Source of the DNA: Thermodesulfobacteriota bacterium
GTDB taxonomy: Bacteria; Desulfobacterota; Desulfarculia; JACQYL01
Direction: 5' to 3'
Assembly: GCA_963675595.2 (NCBI GenBank)
Contig: CAXXLZ010000001.1
Span: 640,001-704,000, forward strand
Length of the DNA stretch: 64,000 nucleotides
The notes below the pieces were generated by a model. It made no database searches. It saw nothing but the letters and a program-made list of their open reading frames with translations, and had not been told where the DNA came from. The position numbers and the translations under genes were made by a program. Of the stretch, positions 56,841-64,000 are shown in pieces. Within the stretch, counting starts at the first letter, position 1; the number at the start of each line of letters is the position of its first letter.

Positions 56841-59603
56841 TTAGAAGTCCTGCAGGTCGTCCGCATCCAGCGGAATAACTTGCTCCGGTGCGATCTCCTT
56901 GGCTTGACGGACGGTGACTTCGCGGCCTTTGGCGGGGAGCGGCGCGTCCTCCGACGGGTGTTCCTGTATCCGGCGCCGTGTGTCGGTACGCATGAGGCTA
57001 CCGCCCACCAAAGTGATCAGACGATTCACCATCTCCGTCAACTGCTCTGCCTGTGTGCTCAACTCCGCGGCGGCGCCGGCCGATTCTTCGGCGTTGGCCG
57101 CGTTCTGTTGGGTGACTTTGTTGGCCTCGGCCATTGCTTTGGTGACCTCGTCGATGCCCTGGGCCTGTTCTTTGGATGCCGCGGCAATCTCGGCCACCAA
57201 TGAGCCCACCTTTCCGGCACTTTCCGCCACCTGGGTAAAGGCCTCGGTCGTCTGGGTCACCAAGTTCGATCCGTCGTTGACCTTGCGTACGGTCCCTTCG
57301 ATGAGTTGGGCCGTGTTCTTGGCGGCCTCGGCGGCACGCATGGCCAGGTTCCGGACTTCATCCGCCACCACGGCGAAACCGGCGCCCGCTTCGCCGGCAC
57401 GGGCCGCCTCAACGGCTGCGTTGAGAGCCAGCAGGTTGGTCTGAAAGGCGATTTCGTCGATGGTATTGATGATCTTGGAAGTCTCCCTACTGGCTTCCGA
57501 AATCTCTCCCATGGATTTGATCAGGTGGTTCATGTTGGCGTCGGCCTTGGCGACCACATCATTGGTCTCCCGCATCAAACCGTCGGCCCGGCCTGCATTC
57601 CCCGCATTCTGCTGGGTCATGGCCGACATCTCCTCAAGGGAAGACGAGGTCTCCTCGTTGGAGGCCGCCTGCTCGGATGCGCCTTCCGCCAGTTGCTGAC
57701 TGGCGGAGGAGACCTGTTCGGAAGCGTAGGAAACCTGTTGGGCGGTGCCGTCCAGGCCTTTGATGATCTGGTTGATAGGTCGCGTGATGGAACGGGTCAC
57801 CCAGAGCGCCACCAGCGTAATCGCCACGATGCCGATAAGGGCGACCAGACCGGTCATCCATTGCATCATGCCCACCGCCTCGAAAGCCTCACCTTTTTCG
57901 ATTTCAGCGATCAGAGCCCAGGTGGTGTCCCCGATCTTTACGGGGGCGAAAGCCGAAAGGACCGTATCCCCCTCATAGTTCTTAATGATTTCTTCATTGC
58001 TGGTTCCGGAAAGCGCCGCCCGCACGGCTTCCGTGTCCACTGAGCCTTTGGATGGGTCGGCAAAGGATGCTTTGACCGTATGGTTCGCGGGATCCAGATG
58101 GGAGTCGGAACGCATGAGTTTGTCCGAACCGACGAGGTAGGTTTCTCCTGTTTCGCCCATGCCCGTTCGTTCCAGCATGATGCGATTGATGGAATCCAAC
58201 GAAACTTGGAGCGCCACCACAAGTTCCACTTGTTCGCCGTTCACCAGCGGCTGGGCGATAAAAGCGGCGGGTTCGCCGTTTCGGGGCGCGTAGGGCGCGA
58301 TGTCCGCGAAGCCGTAAGACCTGGTTTCCAGCACTTTTTTGACCAATACGCCCAGTCCGGAATCGGCGAAGGGACCGTCGACCAAATTGGTCTGATAGTC
58401 GGCGTTCTTCGCAGCCGAGTAAAAGCAGTAGCCGTTAGGGTTGAGAAGAAGCAGATCGATGTAGCCGTAGGTTTTCGCATAGTCGGCGAAAAACTCGTTA
58501 CCTTGTGTATCCATCGGACTGAAGGCCTCCGCCACATCAATTTCCGCGATAATAGCCCAACTCAGTCCTTCAATCTCCAGCGGGCTGTAAATGGAAAGCA
58601 CCGGTTTTCCTAAATAGCCGGTGATGACCTCTTGCCCCGAATTGCCCGCGAGGGCATTGCGGCTTGCCTGCGTATCCACCATGCCTTTATCCGGATTTTC
58701 AAACGAGGCTTTGACCGAATGGAATTCCGGATCCAGCAGGGAGTCCGAACGCATGAGCTTGTCGTCGGCCACCAGATAGGTCTCCCCGGTTCGGCCGAGC
58801 CCTTCGCGTTCCTGCATGATGCGGTTGACCGCTTCGAGTGGAATTTGGAGAACCGCCACGGCCTGCAAAGCACCACTCAAGTCTTTAATCGGGGCGCCGA
58901 TGAACGCGAGCGGGGCTCCCCCGACGGGAGCGTAGGGGCGAAAGTCCTCGATTTGGATCTCTTTGGTGTCGACGACCTTCCGCCACAACGCGGCCAATCT
59001 TTCCGTCTGGTAAGGACCGGTTTTCAGGTTGGTTCCAAGATCGGAGTTCTTGGCCGCGGCGTACATTACGTGGCCCAAATCCGCACTGACGACATAGGCG
59101 TCCGAATAGCCGTACACCGTCACATAGTCCAAAAGAGTCCGACCGCTCTCCTTCCAGATTTCTTCGTATTCGTACGTGTCGATCAGAAAGGAATCGCTTG
59201 CTCCGATATCCTCATCGAGTTGGTATTGCCGCAACAGCTTGTAGAGCTTTTGGGCGTCCTCGCTGTTGGCGAGAACGGCGATGTCTTTGCGGGCCCGGAC
59301 AAAAAACTCTTCAATTTGAGTCTTTTTGATCCGTTCGACGCTTTTCAGTTTCTCAAAGGCTTCGCGCCTGAGCGTTCTTACGGTCTCCAGGAGGACGCTC
59401 ATGTCCCCCCGGATGCCCGTGAAAAGATCGCCGATTTGGGTCTGCTTGACCTCGCGCATGCTTTCAAGCTGACCGAAAGCCTGCTTGGACAGCGCGTTGC
59501 TCGCATTTGTCAGAGTAATGATGGCGAGCACCGCGAAGGGGATCAATCCCACCGCCAAGAAAGCCACCAGCAGCTTGGTTCCGAGCTTCATCTTTCCTCG
59601 CAT
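56841..59603 (-). CDS. Methyl-accepting chemotaxis protein with two dCache-like sensor modules
   Basis: Two TM helices; duplicated [14 protein letters not shown]; [34 protein letters not shown]; C-terminal pentapeptide-like DLQDF. Confidence 0.93.
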   Translation of the reverse strand: MRGKMKLGTKLLVAFLAVGLIPFAVLAIITLTNASNALSKQAFGQLESMREVKQTQIGDLFTGIRGDMSVLLETVRTLRREAFEKLKSVERIKKTQIEEFFVRARKDIAVLANSEDAQKLYKLLRQYQLDEDIGASDSFLIDTYEYEEIWKESGRTLLDYVTVYGYSDAYVVSADLGHVMYAAAKNSDLGTNLKTGPYQTERLAALWRKVVDTKEIQIEDFRPYAPVGGAPLAFIGAPIKDLSGALQAVAVLQIPLEAVNRIMQEREGLGRTGETYLVADDKLMRSDSLLDPEFHSVKASFENPDKGMVDTQASRNALAGNSGQEVITGYLGKPVLSIYSPLEIEGLSWAIIAEIDVAEAFSPMDTQGNEFFADYAKTYGYIDLLLLNPNGYCFYSAAKNADYQTNLVDGPFADSGLGVLVKKVLETRSYGFADIAPYAPRNGEPAAFIAQPLVNGEQVELVVALQVSLDSINRIMLERTGMGETGETYLVGSDKLMRSDSHLDPANHTVKASFADPSKGSVDTEAVRAALSGTSNEEIIKNYEGDTVLSAFAPVKIGDTTWALIAEIEKGEAFEAVGMMQWMTGLVALIGIVAITLVALWVTRSITRPINQIIKGLDGTAQQVSYASEQVSSASQQLAEGASEQAASNEETSSSLEEMSAMTQQNAGNAGRADGLMRETNDVVAKADANMNHLIKSMGEISEASRETSKIINTIDEIAFQTNLLALNAAVEAARAGEAGAGFAVVADEVRNLAMRAAEAAKNTAQLIEGTVRKVNDGSNLVTQTTEAFTQVAESAGKVGSLVAEIAAASKEQAQGIDEVTKAMAEANKVTQQNAANAEESAGAAAELSTQAEQLTEMVNRLITLVGGSLMRTDTRRRIQEHPSEDAPLPAKGREVTVRQAKEIAPEQVIPLDADDLQDF

Positions 59604-60606
59604 ACGACGTTTCCCCTCCAGTTCGAAGCAGGTTTGTCGGCTGATGGGTGCCTTATTTCTTGGTGGACCAATGATCCGGGGAAACCACGATTTCCCACAA
59701 CGGCATACAGGCCATTTTGTACGGGTTGTACGTCACGTTCTTGTTAACCGCGAGAACCTTGTTGGGCGCGGGAACAAAGAGCATATAGGCGTTGTCGTAA
59801 ACATGGTGCATGATCTTCCCGCAGATACCGGTGAATTCCGGAGTGCCCACTTTGAGACGGAACATTTCGTCCACATAACCGTCCAATACGGGATCGGGGA
59901 AAATGGTGCTCCAGTAGTTGTGAGTACGGTATACGAGAAAATCGGACCAAGGATGGTTGTAGTACCAGTCGTCCAGGCCCCAGCTAAGGAGATCCCAATC
60001 TTTGGTGTTCTTTTTTGCATTGGTGGTAAGGAGTTGGCCGAAAACGTCCTTTTCGCTGGTGGTGATGTCGAAATCCAACTTGACGCCCACCTTGCGCAGA
60101 TCGCGGGCGATCTCCTTCCAGATGAACATGAAGCGATCCTGCGTGTACACCTTCAGGGTCAAACCATCCAGAATGCCTTTGAGTTCGTCGCGGATCGTCT
60201 CAGGGTCCTGTACTTCCGAATAAGGCCGCAGAGTCTTAACGATTTCCCGGACTCCGGGGAACAACGGAGAGGCGAGGGTCGGGGTCGTGAGGCCTTCACC
60301 TTCGTAGGCTCGCTTGAGGAGTTTGGACTGGTCGATGGCCCGGTTCAAGGCGACACGGACCTTCGTGTCCAACAATTTGGGATTGCCGTTGCGAAGATTG
60401 AAATGAATGGCGATGGTGTTGGTCGACGGGGAGGTGACCAGTTTGGCGTAGGGAGAAGCATCCGCCTTGGATTTCATGGAAAAGGGAATCGGCATGACGT
60501 CGAGAGCGCCCTCTTTGTCGAACACGTTCTCAAGGGCCACCTTGGTATCCAGCTCCGTATAGACGGTGACTGTCTCAATCTTGGGGTAGTTGGGATCCCA
60601 GTAATT

Positions 60607-62482
60607 GATGCCGTCGTAAGAACCCCCCTTTACGAACAGGGCTGTTTTTTGGAGCATTGGAAGTTCAAGCGGCCATTGCAACACTGCCAAGGTTACTGTC
60701 ATCGTGACATAGGCTACAAAGACGACGGAAATTATCGTTGCTGCCTCCCTCTATCGAGTTGGAAAGGGCCTTCTTGGCCTTATCAAGGCGGCTCTGGACG
60801 AACCTCTTGATGTTGATGGCCAGGGCCTTCATGAAAACAGATAAGGTGACCCGTTTTTTGCCTCGGGTCCACGATCGTTTCAATCCCGTGACCCGATCCG
60901 CTTCGGAGATGGTGGCCTCGATGCCGGACCGGATTTTGTAGCGTTCTTTGAAATCATGGCTTTCCTGCTGTAGTCTGCGCTTGGAGGTCGCCATGTCCTT
61001 GCGCTTGTACTTCAGTCGATAATTTCCGCCCTTGATCCGTTTTACCGGACAGATGGGGAGAAATTCGCATAGGAGACAGTGCTCGCGGGAAAACACGGCT
61101 TCCACCGCTTTGCCGCGGTCAACGATCTTGCATTCAAGTGGCGCGTGCCCCCGGATACAGTAAACGACCTGGGTGCAGTCCTCGTTCGTTTCAAAGTCAC
61201 TCAACTGCATCTTATTGAGATCCGGCGCTTTTCCGCAAGTCACCGGAGCGGTAAGCTCGACTCCGTGCTCGTGAGCTTGAAGGATGTTCTCGCCGCTGCC
61301 GTAGCCTGCGTCGGCGAACAACTCTTCGGGTTTGCGGCCCGTTTCCTCCAGGCGTTCGATAACGGGCATCACGTCTTTCTGGTCGCTGTCATAGGAAGGG
61401 GCCACGTCCACATCGGTGATCACCTGGAAGGGATTTTCCTTCACGCAGGTCTCCGTGAGGGAAGCCTTATATCCTTTGCCCTTGCGCCCATAGGTGGCGT
61501 CGGGATCCGAAGGATTCTGCAGGGAGTCCGCAGGGATTTCCTTGGGCTTCTCGAGTTCTGTTTTGTCGGGATCTCCCTCGGTGAAACGGCATTGCTCCGA
61601 CAGTAGTCGGGCCATCAGCCGGTATTCTTTCATTCGGCTGATTTCCGGATGACCTCGGAAGCGGTCCACCAGGTCGGCGAGATGGCGGGCGGACTTGTCC
61701 AGACGACGCTTGGCCCGCGATGATTTTGCATCGGCAAAATAGCCTGCGCGCTTCAAGTAGGCCTTGTCGTAAAGTCGGGGCAGTTTCTCATACAACTTGG
61801 GATGTTTCTTATGGAGCCGTTTCAAGAACGCCTCGATGGTGCGCGTAAAGAGCCCCAGACGGCTCAGATGAGCCATGTTGGAAGTGATCTGTGTGGAGTC
61901 CAACCGCTGTTTGTCCGTGCTAAGGGCCGCCGTCTCGATGATGGCGTCCGTGATTCCGGTAAAGAGGCTCCGCGCTTGCTTGTTGTCGGTAATCAAGGTC
62001 CGGAAATTGTGCAGGGTCTTCTGGCAGACGTGAGATTCAAAGGCGTTGATGTTGAAGGCATATTGCCAACGCAGATCGAAGTCCAGAGCGCCCAAGACTT
62101 CCGCATCGGTCAGGCTGTTCATTTCCTTCAAAACACACGCTCCGACAAGGATGGCCACGGGTCTGTTGGGCCTGCCGTTGTCCTCACAGTAGAAAGGCCG
62201 GAAAGACTCCTCATCGATCATGGGAAGCACCAGGCGCCGGAACGGACCGGCCCACGTCTTCTCCAACGCCTCGATCCTGTCTGCGGGAAGGCAAATATCG
62301 TGGTCGAAAATGGTCTTTTGCGTTCTCTTAGGCCGAAACAAAACAACCCCCCTAAGGACCATATTATTAATCAAGTCAGATACTTATCATACAGGACCCA
62401 AAAGAAAGGTCAACCCATAAATGCCATTTTTATTCATATTTTCAACTAGATACCTTTACGGAGAGGTTTTTACGAACTCATC
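60607..62482 (-). mobile_element. Insertion sequence, 1876 bp, IS1182/IS5-like DDE element
   Basis: Imperfect terminal inverted repeats GATGCCGTCGTAAGAAC / GATGAGTTCGTAAAAAC (13 of 17 match); direct repeat AGTAATT at 60600-60606 and 62483-62489. Confidence 0.9.
60665..62374 (-). CDS. DDE transposase (IS1182-like)
   Basis: GRP, RLDST, SLQNPSDPDATY..K..GYK, ADAGY, C..C...CP, YKIRSGIEAT.SE; start uncertain. Confidence 0.88.
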   Translation of the reverse strand: MINNMVLRGVVLFRPKRTQKTIFDHDICLPADRIEALEKTWAGPFRRLVLPMIDEESFRPFYCEDNGRPNRPVAILVGACVLKEMNSLTDAEVLGALDFDLRWQYAFNINAFESHVCQKTLHNFRTLITDNKQARSLFTGITDAIIETAALSTDKQRLDSTQITSNMAHLSRLGLFTRTIEAFLKRLHKKHPKLYEKLPRLYDKAYLKRAGYFADAKSSRAKRRLDKSARHLADLVDRFRGHPEISRMKEYRLMARLLSEQCRFTEGDPDKTELEKPKEIPADSLQNPSDPDATYGRKGKGYKASLTETCVKENPFQVITDVDVAPSYDSDQKDVMPVIERLEETGRKPEELFADAGYGSGENILQAHEHGVELTAPVTCGKAPDLNKMQLSDFETNEDCTQVVYCIRGHAPLECKIVDRGKAVEAVFSREHCLLCEFLPICPVKRIKGGNYRLKYKRKDMATSKRRLQQESHDFKERYKIRSGIEATISEADRVTGLKRSWTRGKKRVTLSVFMKALAINIKRFVQSRLDKAKKALSNSIEGGSNDNFRRLCSLCHDDSNLGSVAMAA

Positions 62483-63667
62483 AGTAATTGGGATTGGCCA
62501 CCAATACGGCCTCGGGCGTCTGACGGTCGCCCTCGATGTATCCTTCCTTCAGGATGTAGGGCCCCAAGCCGTAAGGTCCCGGTTCGGCCAAGTTGGGACA
62601 GGTGGCCTTGCCGTTCCAGCCGAATTTTTTCAGGTAATCGCTGGTGTAGAACTGAATCCATATGGTGTCGTTGAGGAACTGGCCGTATGGTTCCGTCAGG
62701 TAGAAACGGACCGTGTGGTCGTCGACCTTCTCTACGTGGTCGAAAACCTTGTCGATCTTTGTGAAAAGAATCGGCTTTTCCTTGAAGTATTTCATGTTCT
62801 CGACAACGGCATCCGCATTGAAGGGAGTGCCGTCTTGGAACTGAACGCCTTCCCTCAATTTGAACTCGTAGGTTTTGTCGTCTATCTGTTTATGGCTGAC
62901 GGCCATGTCGTAGTTCCAGCCTCGCTCGTTGTCCGCGGGCCGCAACAAAGCGCCGTTGACGGCATGGGAAATGTAGATGTAGGGAAGGCTCGGAATAAAC
63001 ACTTTGATGTGCGAACCCGGAACCGCTTTGCACCACGCACTTCCGACAGGAACCAGAACCGCAATCAATAGAGCCGCCAAAAACATCCTGACTGTAGACT
63101 TTGCCACTTTCATCTCCTTTCATTCGCTAGGTGCACACCTGTGAGCTGTGATGAATTAGTTCGGCCAAGAAAGCGAATCGATTCCGCCGCCTTAGCGCCA
63201 AGTGATGCTTTCGTCGACTCGGAACGACACAAAAACAACGTCCCACGAGCCGACGGGTTTGCATGATTTCGCGGGTTTGACTTAGAGAACCGTCTTGATC
63301 AGTGAGCTAAAGTACGTCGAAATTCGACTCCCCCCCAACTTCGGTGTGCCGTCCTTCAACAAGGACCGAAGCCGCAGGGAGTCGAACGGCCGGGGAGGGC
63401 GACCTCTGCAGTGGGACTTATGCCGACCCGGCGCCGCGTCTTTCGGCTTCCGCGTTGTCCGCGACGCCCCCCGGGAGTTCCTCTATTGTTGTGCCGAAAC
63501 AGGGTGTTCAGTCTGTGGACACGGACCTGAATTCCGTAGCCGGGTTTTCCGAGACTCTGCGCTTTTTCAGAAGCGGGCGGAGGGACACCTTTCGTACACC
63601 CAGCCGAATCGCTCCGGCGGCGAACCACCCCACTCGAGAGAACATCGGTCGCTTTCGAAATTTGTAA

Positions 63668-63683
63668 AGCAGTTTCCATGCCA
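63668..63683 (-). promoter_or_regulatory. Sigma54 promoter upstream of the SBP-MCP unit
   Basis: Minus strand TGGCATGGAAACTGCT = GG-N10-GC, in an AT-rich region. Confidence 0.6.
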
Positions 63684-63776
63684 CTAAAAAAATCTTACCA
63701 AAGAATACAACAACACGCAATAAATGGTTTTGCTTACAAACCAAATGGGCAGGATTGTGACCACGTATGACGGTTT

Positions 63777-63792
63777 TGTAACGTGCATTACA
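63777..63792. promoter_or_regulatory. Palindromic candidate enhancer-binding-protein site
   Basis: TGTAA-CGTGCA-TTACA (TGT-N10-ACA), about 95-110 bp upstream of the sigma54 -24 element. Confidence 0.4.
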
Positions 63793-64000
63793 TCTTGCGT
63801 TCGTCGTTACGAGCCGGCGGGTCCGGGCAGAGAGCAAAATCGATCATGCGAACGAACCAATTTCTCGACGCTTCAACCCGTATTGTATGCCACACGGTAT
63901 TCGATTAACTTATGAACCCGGCATCCACTCTTTGTTTTTGAATAATAAGTTGTTATTGGTTTCGTTATATTGTAATCAACCAATATTGCTTAGATAATAT

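Larger units (their letters stand above)
59653..63113 (-). pseudogene. Family-5 ABC substrate-binding protein gene interrupted by an IS
   Basis: N-part 62483..63113 (signal peptide, LREGVQFQDGTPFNADAV...ANPNY) and C-part 59653..60600 (WDPNYPK...VRVALNRAID) rejoin in frame to about 525 aa when the IS and one TSD copy are removed. Confidence 0.88.

Noticed and set aside
60601-60702. N-terminus of the 349-aa ORF 59653..60702 as a real start
   Set aside because: Its first codons lie inside the IS end; the ORF is the C-terminal half of the interrupted SBP gene.
63235-63265. GCAAACC...GGGACG resembling a c-di-GMP-I riboswitch upstream of the SBP gene
   Set aside because: Lacks the GNRA loop and the following GCAAA element.

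Overview
A GC-rich chromosomal segment whose gene content (HdrABC/MvhD, a selenoprotein, hopanoid genes, sigma54 promoters) points to an anaerobic Desulfobacterota-type bacterium; this assignment is an inference. In order it holds: a partial response regulator; a paralog pair flanking an AT-rich PD-(D/E)XK-like gene; a 1824-aa GlmS-like protein with a remodelled glutamine pocket and about 785 extra C-terminal residues; an iron-sulfur flavoprotein; a glucose/sorbosone dehydrogenase-like protein; a DUF5320/ferredoxin-ATPase/CGGC operon; livKHMGF; a hopanoid cluster (tolC-like, hpnM, shc, hpnA, DUF116, hpnH, CruF-like, convergent hpnG); a TPR lipoprotein; pyrF; an hdrC-hdrB-split hdrA-mvhD(Sec)-metV-degenerate hdrA/mvhD operon with no metF; signalling genes; DUF3300/DUF2950; an RhlE-like helicase; a GNAT-nitrilase fusion; an MCP with apparently nested dCache domains; and a family-5 solute-binding gene interrupted by a complete IS with target-site duplication. 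A dispersed REP-like palindrome occurs at least three times. I saw no rRNA, tRNA or CRISPR array. All family assignments come from motif recognition by eye, not database searches.
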